Origin: Candidatus Poribacteria bacterium
GTDB taxonomy: Bacteria; Poribacteria; WGA-4E; WGA-3G
Assembly (NCBI GenBank): GCA_965215265.1
Contig: OZ244048.1
Span: 3,968,001-4,032,000 of the forward strand
Direction: 5' to 3'
Length of the DNA stretch: 64,000 nucleotides
Shown: one piece after another, positions 41,214 to 51,393 of the stretch
How positions within the stretch are numbered: the stretch's first letter is position 1
Layout: the number at the start of each line of letters is the position of its first letter
Notes under the pieces: model-generated
Seen by the model: the letters and a program-made list of their open reading frames with translations, nothing else
Told to the model about the DNA's origin: nothing
The model's database searches: none
Translations under genes and position numbers: made by a program

Positions 41214-42179
41214 ATGTCAAACGTTAGATTAGGTTTTATCGGCACCGGTGGGAATATGAATCGTCACTTGCGCGAATTAACGGAAATTGGTGGTACGGAT
41301 TTCGTCGCCTTTTGTGATATTGTCCTAGAAAAAGCAGAACGAGCAGTTAAAGACTACGGCGGCAAGGCTTATGCCGATTACAACCAGATGCTCGCACGTG
41401 AGGAGTTAGATGCAGTTTACATCTCGATTCCGCCCTTTGCACACGGGGCACCGGAGAAAGCTGTCATCGCTGCAGGGCTGCCGATGTTCGTTGAAAAGCC
41501 GGTACACATGGATGCAGACGAAGCAGAAGAGATTGCGGCACAAATTGAGGAGAAAGGCATTATCACCGCGGCCGGGTATCAAGAACGGTATCTGGATATT
41601 ATTGACAAAGCCCAGGAGCTCCTCGCAGCTCGCCGTATCGGATTCTTTATGGGGTACTGGATGGGTGGGATGCCCGGGGGTTGGTGGCGCGACAAGGCAA
41701 AATCCGGCGGGCAGCTCATGGAACAGACAACGCACGAATTCGATATGGCACGGTACCTTTTCGGCGAAGTCAAAACCGTCTATGCAGTTGACCGGACAGG
41801 GCTAATCCCGGATGCAGACTATGATATTGAAGAGGCCTCTGCTGTCTCTTTGCAATTTGAGAGTGGTGTTTTCGGTGTCATGTTTTCCGCATGCTTCACC
41901 ACAACCGGGCTCCAGCGCTCCGGGTTAGATATCTTCTGTGAGGACGGTTCGCTTGAGTACCACCTCCGACGTGCCTTGGTGCTCACCACAAAAGAAGGGA
42001 AAACCACGTGGGAGCCACAAAACAATTGCACGATTGCTATGGATAGCACCTTCATTGAAGCAGTCCGAACCGGTGATGGCAGTGCCATCCGCTCGCCATA
42101 CGCTGATGCTGCCAAATCCGCTATTCTGTCTATTGCCGCGAATCAATCTTTGGCAACAAGGGAACCGGTTAACTTGTAA
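41214..42179 (+). CDS. Gfo/Idh/MocA family oxidoreductase
   Basis: GFIGTGG, FVEKP, SGGQLMEQTTH; ATG after AGGAG. Confidence 0.88.
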   Translation: MSNVRLGFIGTGGNMNRHLRELTEIGGTDFVAFCDIVLEKAERAVKDYGGKAYADYNQMLAREELDAVYISIPPFAHGAPEKAVIAAGLPMFVEKPVHMDADEAEEIAAQIEEKGIITAAGYQERYLDIIDKAQELLAARRIGFFMGYWMGGMPGGWWRDKAKSGGQLMEQTTHEFDMARYLFGEVKTVYAVDRTGLIPDADYDIEEASAVSLQFESGVFGVMFSACFTTTGLQRSGLDIFCEDGSLEYHLRRALVLTTKEGKTTWEPQNNCTIAMDSTFIEAVRTGDGSAIRSPYADAAKSAILSIAANQSLATREPVNL

Positions 42180-42415
42180 TACCAAATCAACTTGATGGGT
42201 GTGGTTTTTTGTACCGTTCGAAGCGTGCTCTTTAGACGCACCCTCTCTGTTGCGGCTCCCCATGAAGGGTATTAACTCATTAACGTCAGGTGGAACAATA
42301 CCCAATTCGCTTGATTTGCACCGGCTGTCAATCAATCGAAGGGTTACGGATGAACAAAGCCACCGGGGTGCTAAGAAACCCGCAGGTGGCTTCATTATGT
42401 GGATTCTCTGTCCAT

Positions 42416-43756
42416 TCACTCGTCTGAGGGAGATGGCGGTTGCTTGTCTTGCCGCTTTGGTTGCCGACGGGATACGGCGCGGCGCTTTAACTCGTGCGCA
42501 ATCTGCCGCGCCAACCGTGGGTTTTCCACTTGCAATCGCTTGAGTCCCTCATCCGGCCCATACTTCTTGAGTGTCTGATACGCGTCGGAGAATTCCGCCT
42601 CAATTTCTTTGCGGCTCATGCTTTCCGAGGTGTCTGCCTCGCCATCTAAAAACTTCGCATACTCTGGAAATTCGTCGCGGATGAACTGTTCAAACACGTA
42701 CAACTCCTGAGTTGTCATGTTCTCAAAGAGGGTTTGGATCTCCGCCCACTCTGCATCACTTATTCCACCGGATGTTTCTGCTGAGGGCATGTTATCTGTC
42801 CCGGCCGCTGGATCCGTCTCGGTTGAGAACCTTGTCTCGGTGTCCAGAGCAGAGCCTGTGAACGTTTCGTCAGGTCCTTCTAATTCCGTCTGTCGGGTTT
42901 CACGAACAAGCGGTGGGATGTAGGGTTCCCCGGATTCGATGCCGTGGAGATGTGCCTGTGCAACGATGTCATTCTCTGGTCGTGCTTTTAGGACTTCTAA
43001 CGCTTTGTCGTAGTTTCCTATCCTTTGGTATGCAAAGCCCAAATAGGCATTTGCGAGGCCGGGATCCTGCTGTTTTGCCTTTTCAAGGTGTTCAATGGCT
43101 TCTTCGGGTTGAAACCAATAAATTGTTTCTGCGAGTCCAACCAATGCTGAAAGCGAATTGGGATTTATTTCCAGCAGTTTGCGAAAACCTGCCTCCCGTT
43201 CAGGATTGTGGGCATTCCTCTTGTACGGCAAAAGGTTGGTATATAGGAGGAGCGTGTCAAAGTCATTTGGGTTCTCTGAGAGTGCCTGTGCGGCAAACCT
43301 GCGAATGTAGGGCTCGGTATTGGCACCATAGTGATTGTCATACAAATACTTCGCAGCGGTGAAGGCATCCATTCCCGCAGTGAGGGCTTCAATCCGCTCT
43401 TCTTCCTGCCGTAACCACTCTTTTTTCTGCTCCGCCTCGCTCGGTAGCTGGGAGGCGGGTGGCATCGGCGGTGGGAACTGAGAGGGCGAGAGTTGGCCAG
43501 GCGGTGGTGACACAGACAGCCTCTTTACACCTATTTCGACGGGGTTCTGCACACTAAGTGCCTCTTGTGGCGCGCCCTCAGCGGGGATGCCTTCTGCTGG
43601 TGTAGCTTCCTGCGGAGCAGAGACTTTGGAAACCTGTTCAGATGGCACGGAAGGTGATGTTCTACGCCGTGTGTGAATGAACAGTATGCCGACACCGAAA
43701 AAGATGCAGAGCAGGACAAATGCCAGAATGTGTCGAGTGTTCAGTTGGTTACGCAT
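42416..43756 (-). CDS. Membrane-anchored TPR protein (copy 1, full length)
   Basis: N-terminal TM helix, Pro-rich linker, TPR-like helices; AAAGGAG RBS. Confidence 0.8.
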   Translation of the reverse strand: MRNQLNTRHILAFVLLCIFFGVGILFIHTRRRTSPSVPSEQVSKVSAPQEATPAEGIPAEGAPQEALSVQNPVEIGVKRLSVSPPPGQLSPSQFPPPMPPASQLPSEAEQKKEWLRQEEERIEALTAGMDAFTAAKYLYDNHYGANTEPYIRRFAAQALSENPNDFDTLLLYTNLLPYKRNAHNPEREAGFRKLLEINPNSLSALVGLAETIYWFQPEEAIEHLEKAKQQDPGLANAYLGFAYQRIGNYDKALEVLKARPENDIVAQAHLHGIESGEPYIPPLVRETRQTELEGPDETFTGSALDTETRFSTETDPAAGTDNMPSAETSGGISDAEWAEIQTLFENMTTQELYVFEQFIRDEFPEYAKFLDGEADTSESMSRKEIEAEFSDAYQTLKKYGPDEGLKRLQVENPRLARQIAHELKRRAVSRRQPKRQDKQPPSPSDE

Positions 43757-43770
43757 CGGTAGACTCCTTT

Positions 43771-45129
43771 CTAATGCGGATACAGGTTGTATTCCGGGTT
43801 GTGGTAAGGGGGCAAGTCGTTTCCGCTGCTAATGAGCGGCATCAAAGAAGAAGATACCATTATACTGGAATTCCAGACAGCATTCGTTACAGGTGTTTGA
43901 GACGTGATGTCGTTAACGGAAAGGTGATGAAGGACTTCATGCCCAATGACGTTGGCGATTCTGTCTGAAATCGTAGAAGGGCTTGAATTTAGAGGCAAGT
44001 CATCAGGGATAATTTGGGTGAAGATGACTGCCTCTGTCATTGCCGCTGGTGCATTCGGGGCAGTATAAGTACCTCTCGGTGTTGCCCATCCTGCGACCTT
44101 CGCATCTGTGCCAAATTGCCTATCGAATTCTGGCTTCAATATGCTATAGGGTCGCCTATCCGCTCTCACATAAATGGCTCTTTGATACAGCCGTGTCCCA
44201 TCACTTTGAAGCACTCGATTTTCTTCACGGGCATTCGGAGTTATTTCGTTGAAGCGAGTCAACTCATCTATCCGAATGAGCCAAACGCTGAAGGCGTTTT
44301 CACTTCCGGTAATGCTCTCCAAGCTGCTGGCATACCCGTAACCCTCTGAGAGTTCGCTATAGACAAAGACATCCTTGACCGTTGGGTTGAGACGTTTGGG
44401 ATCTCCGTTGATAACAAATCCTCGGTATTCTTCCCAATATGATAAACCGTCACCATTGTGCGTGTTGCCAGAGGGCCCACTTTCGTTATCGGTAATGTTT
44501 CCTGCGATGTTGCGTGCGGAATCGGGGTATAATGCGTCGTATGCATCGGCAATGTAATTGGCAGGGGTTCTTCCAGTGGTGGTGACATCCCATGGGATAG
44601 GCAGGATATACGGGGTTTTCCGATACAGTGTTGCAATGAGCACCCCGTAGGCGGCTGCATCGTTGCAACGGACAAAAATACGAACGGGGCCCTGTATCGC
44701 GTTGTTCCACCTCACGGTGAGCGACTCTCCACCCCCTTCCCATCTGAGTCCAGGGGTAAGATTATTCGCCACATGCTCTGCCCGCGTCGCAAACGCAAGG
44801 TCCGGTGCCCAAATACTGTCTATCTCCTTCTGCGTGTTCATGAATACTCTTGGGTAGTTCGTGACGAAGCTAAGGGACACTGTGAGATGTGAACTTTGCT
44901 GGTCATTTTCACTAGCATTCAGCACGGTGAATTGGAACAGCAGTACATCCCCTTTGGCGGTATCTGTGTAGGGTGTATAATTGGTATAACCGTTATTCGT
45001 CCCATGTTTGGAATACCAAGTTACCGATAATCCAGTAGTGTTGGTTTGTGCGGTAGTTATGGGTATGAGCAGGATGCACAGGAACAAGGCACAAAGTATT
45101 AGCAGAGATGTGTATCTCACTTTTATCAT
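43771..45129 (-). CDS. Secreted putative zinc metallopeptidase (HExxH)
   Basis: Signal peptide, DGLSYWEEYRGF..P..KDVF, VIGHEVLHH near the C-terminus; ATG at 45129 after AAGAGG. Confidence 0.7.
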   Translation of the reverse strand: MIKVRYTSLLILCALFLCILLIPITTAQTNTTGLSVTWYSKHGTNNGYTNYTPYTDTAKGDVLLFQFTVLNASENDQQSSHLTVSLSFVTNYPRVFMNTQKEIDSIWAPDLAFATRAEHVANNLTPGLRWEGGGESLTVRWNNAIQGPVRIFVRCNDAAAYGVLIATLYRKTPYILPIPWDVTTTGRTPANYIADAYDALYPDSARNIAGNITDNESGPSGNTHNGDGLSYWEEYRGFVINGDPKRLNPTVKDVFVYSELSEGYGYASSLESITGSENAFSVWLIRIDELTRFNEITPNAREENRVLQSDGTRLYQRAIYVRADRRPYSILKPEFDRQFGTDAKVAGWATPRGTYTAPNAPAAMTEAVIFTQIIPDDLPLNSSPSTISDRIANVIGHEVLHHLSVNDITSQTPVTNAVWNSSIMVSSSLMPLISSGNDLPPYHNPEYNLYPH

Positions 45130-45185
45130 CTTCTGAATTCCTCTTGTGTTGTTAATGCCTAATTCTATAACCGAATAAAAAATTG

Positions 45186-45362
45186 TCAAGCAGAAAAGAC
45201 GTTTCTTAACAAGTTAGCACCAGTTTATCAGAATGCGTCCTTTTTGTCAAGTGAAAAAAGTAAAAAACAGAGCCATTTCGTTTTTATTTACTCTGATAAG
45301 CCCTAACACTTTTCCTAAAGAGAAGGCATTGCGATAATCTGGCACTTGTGCTAACATTTAAT
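45186..45362. repeat. ~177-bp upstream block copy 1, with minus-strand promoter TTGACA-N17-TAAACT (45222-45250)
   Basis: Near-identical to 46317-46492. Confidence 0.9.
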
Positions 45363-46227
45363 TCTGTCGGGTTTCACGAACAAGCGGTGGGATGTAGGGT
45401 TCCCCGGATTCGATGGCGTGGAGATGCGTTTGTCCAATGATACCTTGTGGCATTTCTTTGAGGACTTCTAACGCTTTGTCGTAGTCTCCAGCCCTTTGGT
45501 ATGCAAAGCCTAAATAGTAATTGGCAAGGTTCGGATCCTGCTGTTTTGCCTTTTCAAGGTAAGAGATAGCTTCTTCGGGTTGCACCCAATAAATTGCTGC
45601 CCCAAGTCCAACCAATGCTGAAAGCGAATTGGGATCTATTTCCAGCAGTTTGCGAAAACCTGCCTCCCGTTCAGGATTGTGGGCATAACTCTTGGATGGC
45701 TGGAGTCGCACCCATAGGAGGAGCGTGTCAAAGTCATTTGGGTTCTCTGAGAGTGCCTGCGCGGCAAACCTGCGAATGTAGGGCTCGGTATTGGCACCAT
45801 AGTGATTGTCATACAAATACTTCGCGGCGGTGAAGGCATCCATTCCTGCAGTGAGGGCTTCAATCCGCTCTTCTTCCTGTCGTAACCACTCTTTTTTCTG
45901 CTCCGCCTCGCTCGGTAGCTGGGAGGCGGGTGGCATCGGCGGTGGGAACTGAGAGGGCGAGAGTTGGCCAGGCGGTGGTGACACAGACAGCCTCTTTACA
46001 CCTATTTCGACGGGGTTCTGCACACTAAGTGCCCCTTGTGGCGGGCCCTCAGCAGGGATGCCTTCTGCTGGTGTAGTTTCCTGCGGAGCAGAGACTTTGG
46101 AAGCCTGTTCAGATTGCACGGAAGGTGATGTTCTACGCCGCGTCTGAATGAACAGTATGCCGACACCGAGAAAGATGCAGAGCAGGACAAATGCCAGAAT
46201 ATGTCGAGTGTTCAGTTGGTTACGCAT
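45358..46227 (-). CDS. Membrane-anchored TPR protein (copy 2, C-terminally truncated)
   Basis: Duplicate of the first ~290 codons of 42416..43756; stop codon supplied by the junction. Confidence 0.75.
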   Translation of the reverse strand: MRNQLNTRHILAFVLLCIFLGVGILFIQTRRRTSPSVQSEQASKVSAPQETTPAEGIPAEGPPQGALSVQNPVEIGVKRLSVSPPPGQLSPSQFPPPMPPASQLPSEAEQKKEWLRQEEERIEALTAGMDAFTAAKYLYDNHYGANTEPYIRRFAAQALSENPNDFDTLLLWVRLQPSKSYAHNPEREAGFRKLLEIDPNSLSALVGLGAAIYWVQPEEAISYLEKAKQQDPNLANYYLGFAYQRAGDYDKALEVLKEMPQGIIGQTHLHAIESGEPYIPPLVRETRQN

Positions 46228-46316
46228 CGGTAGACTCCTTTCTAATGCGGATACAGGTTGTATTCCGGGTTGTGGTAAGGGGCAAGTCGTTTCCGGTGCT
46301 AATGAGTGGCATCAAA

Positions 46317-46492
46317 TCAAGCAAAAAAGACGTTTCTTAACAAGTTAGCACCAGTTTATCAGAATGCGTCCTTTTTGTCAAGTGAAAAAAGCAAAAACAG
46401 AGCTATTTCGTTTTCATTTACTCTGATAAGCCCTAACACTTTTCCTAAAGAGAAGGCATTGCGATAATCCTGCGCTTGTGCTAACATTTAAT
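46317..46492. repeat. ~176-bp upstream block copy 2 (promoter 46353-46381)
   Basis: Near-identical to 45186-45362. Confidence 0.9.
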
Positions 46493-46679
46493 AAAGTGAG
46501 TGCGGAGCGGTGGTTTTCGTCATATAATAAAGCCGATTATTACGGGTACACTGTTTGCACACACAGGAAACCTGACTTCCACTTTTGTGGGGGTAGGCGA
46601 GTCGCAGAGATGCCGGCTCGATTCCAGTGGAATAGAAGAAACAAAGAAAAAACTGTAAAGATAACTTGGTATAACCTCC

Positions 46680-48935
46680 ATGCAACCACCAATGGAACAA
46701 CACCTGACTCTCCCTATAACGGGGATGCACTGTGAAAACTGCGCAGCCCTCATCACGCGGAATCTCAAACAGCTGGACGGCATCCTTGACGCAGCGGTTA
46801 GCATCGCCACGGAACAAGCAGCTGTCACCTTTGATACCGATGTGCTCAGTGAAGCGGCCATTGTGGACAAAATTCGTTCACTCGGTTTTGACGTTGTCAA
46901 GACAGATGCACACGCAACTGCACAGGCGGAAGAATTCCTCCGCCAAAAGTTACAATTTCGCGTCGGCTTGTTCTTCACGCTGCCGCTCTTTCTGCTCAGC
47001 ATGGGCAGAGATTTTAACATCGTCGGGATGTGGGCACACGCCACATGGGTGAACTGGCTAATGTTCGGTTTGGCACTGCCGGTGCAGTTTTACGTCGGGT
47101 GGGACTACTATGTCGGGGGCGCGAAAGCGTTACGAAACCGAGCTGCAAACATGGATGTGCTAGTAGCGATGGGCTCCTCTGTAGCATTTTTTTATAGCGT
47201 CTTGCTAACAATCGCCCTTACACTCAATTATTTACACCTCGGCTCCCATGTCTATTTTGAAACCGCCGCGGTCATCATTACCCTCATTAAATTGGGGAAG
47301 CTGCTGGAGGCACGTGCCAAAGCCCAAACCAACGCGGCCCTCAAAAAAATGCTCACGCTCTCTCCCAAAACGGCATCTCTGCTAAAAAATGGCAAGGAAC
47401 AGCAGCTCGCAATTGAGCAGGTTGTGGTTGGCGATGTACTGCTCGTCCGCCCCGGGGAAAGTATCCCCGTTGATGGTATCGTGTTAGAAGGTAACAGTGC
47501 GGTGGACGAGAGTGTCTTCACCGGGGAAAGTCTACCAATCGAAAAGACAGTAGGAATGGAGGTAACAGCCGCAACGATTAACCAGACCGGTCTGCTCACG
47601 ATTGAGGCGACACGCGTCGGTTCAGAAACCGCACTGGCACGGCTGGTCCAGTTGGTAGAAGAGACGCAGCGCAGCAAAGCACCTATCCAACGCACCGTTG
47701 ATGCCGTCGCGAACGTGTTCGTGCCGACAGTCATCGGCATTGCGCTTTTAACGTTTCTGGCCTGGTTGTTCTTTGTCGGGGACGGATTCACACCCGCGAT
47801 GCTCCGCTTGGTATCAGTCCTAGTCATTGCGTGCCCGTGTGCCTTGGGACTTGCCACGCCCACCGCCGTTATGGTTGGCACAGGCATCGGCGCGCAACGT
47901 GGAATTCTCTTCAGAAACACCGAATCCCTTGAACGCGCTGGCGCTGTCTCCACCTTCGTATTTGATAAAACAGGGACCTTAACACGTGGAGAACTCACGC
48001 TCACAGACATCATTGTCAAGGATGGAAACACCGAACGGCTCCTTCAACTCGCTGCTGCTGCCGAGCACGGCAGTGAACATCCCATTGGAAGGGCAATTGT
48101 CCGCGCCGCTGAAGCCGCCGGCCTTTCCCATAGACTAGAAAATAAGGCACCTACTGCATTTACCGCCATCGCCGGGCACGGCATCGTCGCACAACTCGGT
48201 AAAACCGAGGTCGTTGTCGGAAACCGCGCCTTAATGCAACAGCACAGGATACAGACCGAGGCGTTTGAGCAACAAGCCGCGCAGCTGCAAGCAGCGGCGA
48301 AAACGGTACTGTGGGTTGCTGTTGATGGACAGGCTGACGGACTCTTGGCAGTTGCAGACGTTCTGAAGCCTGAGGCAACCGATGCCGTTACCGAACTCCG
48401 AAAACTCGGAGGCAACGTGACAATGATGACAGGCGATAACCGCATCACTGCCACCGCCATTGCAAAGCAAGCCGGAATTCACGATGTTATGGCAGAGCTA
48501 ATGCCGGCCGATAAAGCTGCCTTTGTCCAGAAACGACAAGCCGCAACCCACGGACTTGTCGCCATGGTCGGCGACGGTATTAACGATGCCCCAGCCCTCG
48601 CACAAGCCGATGTCGGCATCGCACTCGGCACAGGAACGGATATCGCGATGGAAACCGCAGACCTGACGTTGATGCACGGAGAACTAGACACAATTCCCGA
48701 CGCAATGCGGTTAAGCCGTGCTACCGTCCGAACCATTCGCCAGAATCTCTTCTGGGCGTTTTTCTATAATGTGTTATTAATCCCTATTGCAGCAGGGGCA
48801 CTGTATCCACTCTCCTTCCTACCGGCGATCCTCCGCGAATTGCATCCGATGCTCGCAGCCTTGGCAATGGCATTCAGTAGTGTATCTGTTGTACTGAATA
48901 GCCTTCGGTTGCAATGGCGAGTCAAAATAAAATAG
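46680..48935 (+). CDS. copA: Cu(I)-translocating P1B-type ATPase
   Basis: [35 protein letters not shown] and MAFSS motifs; alternative start at 46692. Confidence 0.92.
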   Translation: MQPPMEQHLTLPITGMHCENCAALITRNLKQLDGILDAAVSIATEQAAVTFDTDVLSEAAIVDKIRSLGFDVVKTDAHATAQAEEFLRQKLQFRVGLFFTLPLFLLSMGRDFNIVGMWAHATWVNWLMFGLALPVQFYVGWDYYVGGAKALRNRAANMDVLVAMGSSVAFFYSVLLTIALTLNYLHLGSHVYFETAAVIITLIKLGKLLEARAKAQTNAALKKMLTLSPKTASLLKNGKEQQLAIEQVVVGDVLLVRPGESIPVDGIVLEGNSAVDESVFTGESLPIEKTVGMEVTAATINQTGLLTIEATRVGSETALARLVQLVEETQRSKAPIQRTVDAVANVFVPTVIGIALLTFLAWLFFVGDGFTPAMLRLVSVLVIACPCALGLATPTAVMVGTGIGAQRGILFRNTESLERAGAVSTFVFDKTGTLTRGELTLTDIIVKDGNTERLLQLAAAAEHGSEHPIGRAIVRAAEAAGLSHRLENKAPTAFTAIAGHGIVAQLGKTEVVVGNRALMQQHRIQTEAFEQQAAQLQAAAKTVLWVAVDGQADGLLAVADVLKPEATDAVTELRKLGGNVTMMTGDNRITATAIAKQAGIHDVMAELMPADKAAFVQKRQAATHGLVAMVGDGINDAPALAQADVGIALGTGTDIAMETADLTLMHGELDTIPDAMRLSRATVRTIRQNLFWAFFYNVLLIPIAAGALYPLSFLPAILRELHPMLAALAMAFSSVSVVLNSLRLQWRVKIK

Positions 48936-49089
48936 ACAACTAACTTGTTATATGCTATCATATTAACAACGCTTATCAATCGATGCAAAAATCATTTTTT
49001 TTATCTCAATTCCGTAAGCGGAGACAATACCTAACTACAATTTATCAGAGGAACCTGCCCCAAACTTATCTCACACGAGAAACACTAAC

Positions 49090-50728
49090 ATGCCAACCCT
49101 GAACTGGATAGGAAAAGACGCAGTCATCAACCACCACAACGAGGTGCCAATACACACTCTCACTTACAACTCACAACTCTCCAGCGGCACCGCACCTACC
49201 TCGCCCGGCACAGGCAATCTCCTCATTGAAGGCGACAACCTCCTCGCACTCAAAGCACTCCTCCCATACTATGCTGGCAAAGTCAAATGCGTCATCATTG
49301 ACCCGCCCTATAATACCGGCAATGAAAACTGGGTCTACAACGATAACGTCAACAACCCAACCATCCAGAAATGGCTCGGAAAAACAGTGGGGGCTCTCGC
49401 CGCAGATCTCTCTCGACACGATAAGTGGCTCTGCATGATGTACCCACGCCTCTGCCTGCTTCACCAACTCCTCCGAGCAGACGGTGTCATTTTCATTTCA
49501 TTGGACGATAATGAACAACCGAACCTGCGTTTACTGATGAACGAAATTTTTGGCGAGGCGAATTTTGTTGCGACTCTCATCTGGCGCAAAAAAGCAGGCG
49601 GCGGACAAGACACCGAATACTATGCTAGAGAGCATGAATACATCCTCTGCTACCGGAAAAGTGATGCCTATACGATGAAATTCAGAACCGCAGAGAGAAC
49701 GCAAGCGGAATTTCCTAAAATCAAAAACGGGCGAAAATGTAAATTCGTGAAACTCGAAAAATGGGGCTCTGGTTCTTACAAGGAGGACAGGCCGACCCTG
49801 TTTTATCCAATTAAGGATCCTGATGGAAAAGATTTTTTTCCTAAAGCGCCTAATGGAAGGGATGGACGTTGGCGCACCCATCCGGAAGCCTTAGACGAAA
49901 ACCATGTCCATTGGGAAAAAAGAAGCGGGCGTTGGACCCCGTACGAAGTCATCTATTTTGACGAGACACGCGACAAAATCAAAATTGTGAAAGAGCGGAC
50001 TATCTATTATGACATCGCGACGACAACGGATGCCACAAACGAGCAAAAAGCGATTTTTGGAAAAAAGGTTTTCGACAATAGCAAACCGCTTGAACTAATA
50101 AAGCGGTTGATACTCTTGTCTACTACCCCTGATTCAATTGTGCTAGACTCCTTCGCCGGGAGCGGCACGACAGGTCATGCTGTCCTCGCCCAAAACCGTG
50201 AAGATGGGGGCAACCGGCAATTTATTTTGGTTGAATTAGACGCGGAAATCGCACGCAAAATCACTGCCTTACGTCTCCAGCGCGTTAGCGAGGGGTACAC
50301 TTTTGAAAGGAAAGGACACCTACAGCATGTATTCGGCACCGGCGGCACTTTTGCCTACTACCACGTCGGCGAAACCTTCTCGGAGAGATCAGAAATTCCT
50401 TTTCATGAGATGGCACAATACCTCTTTTTCAAGGAGACAGGCACCCCAATGGCAGTTGACACCGCACTGTCCCTTGTAGAATCGGAGAGACCGGCATACA
50501 GTTCCTGTACCGCTCATGAAAAACGCGAACGCGCTTTTTTAGGAAGCTCGGACGGTGTCGGCATCTATCTGCTCAACAACGACGAATGTCCTCACTCCGG
50601 CGCTCATAAACCGCTTACCGCGTCATGAGGGCAGCAAGATTATCCATTGCGGTGGCACCGAACTCACGGAGGCTTCCTTAAGGCAGCTCGGCATCATCTT
50701 TCGCCAGATGCCGTACCACCTCGTATAA
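49090..50728 (+). CDS. mod: Type III R-M methyltransferase Mod; +1 frameshift near 50580 (ORF stops at 50628, expected tail ends at 50728)
   Basis: MPTLNWIGK, IDPPYNTG, DSFAGSGTT; the +1 frame continues NVLTPALINRLPRHEGSKII...IIFRQMPYHLV*. Confidence 0.85.
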
Positions 50729-50760
50729 GCGCTAGTTATCGCTTTTGAAAAAAAATAGGG

Positions 50761-50789
50761 TTGACCCCGCGGTTTAAATGGCGTATACT
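50761..50789 (+). promoter_or_regulatory. Promoter between mod and res
   Basis: TTGACC-N17-TATACT. Confidence 0.55.
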
Positions 50790-50955
50790 ATAAAACAGTT
50801 AGCAAAGTCGATGCATTAATTGTCGGAAAGAAAAGCCTAGAAACACTAAAATCTGACCGAAGGTTTAGTCAGTGCGTGGTCCCATTAGCGGAATACCGCA
50901 ATAGCGATTTTGATAAGTCGAGCAGGAATGTGATAACAGCTCGGAATCAGTAGAC

Positions 50956-51393
50956 ATGCACCCCAAATCAGAAATAGAAGACATCATCATCCATTCAGCA
51001 CCATTCAGCGACTGGCTCGCGTCTATTGTCGACGCAGAGATATTTGCTTCACATGAAAAACTCATTGCGCTGCTCGAGGCGGATAGTTCCCACCAAGTAT
51101 TAGCGCAAGAGTTCCGAGAGTTTTGCAACGGCTACCACAGCCTCGCCTTAGAAAAGGATATTTCACGTTGCGTTGTGGAGATTATAGAGTTATCTATACT
51201 TACGATGAACGTACTCAAACAGTTAGCGTACACAAAATTGGACATCGTCCATCTGTCTATAAACTATAACCCGGGAAACGAAAAATGCACCTTCCACTCA
51301 AAGAATACCAAGAGCGTACCCTGGAAACGCTGGCAACCTACTACCAAACCTGCCTGCAGTATGAGAACCCCAACACTGCATTTTACCATTTAA
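50956..51393 (+). CDS. Hypothetical protein between mod and res (3' end overlaps res)
   Basis: 145-aa ORF, no recognised motif; 109-bp overlap with res suggests a fragment. Confidence 0.4.
   Translation: MHPKSEIEDIIIHSAPFSDWLASIVDAEIFASHEKLIALLEADSSHQVLAQEFREFCNGYHSLALEKDISRCVVEIIELSILTMNVLKQLAYTKLDIVHLSINYNPGNEKCTFHSKNTKSVPWKRWQPTTKPACSMRTPTLHFTI

Noticed and set aside
45213-45355. CIRCE element
   Set aside because: The TTAGCAC/GTGCTAA half-sites are ~127 bp apart rather than 9 bp, and no chaperone genes are adjacent.
42889-46316. DGR-type diversification of the TPR copies
   Set aside because: Differences involve all bases plus a codon indel, and there is no RT; better explained by duplication and divergence.
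46478-46735. ORF with [12 protein letters not shown] resembling the peptidase N-terminus VTWYSKHGTNNG
   Set aside because: Very short similarity that overlaps the copA start in another frame; likely chance.
47252-48031. 259-aa antisense ORF (representative of many shadow ORFs)
   Set aside because: Lies entirely opposite copA; a typical antisense shadow with no motifs.
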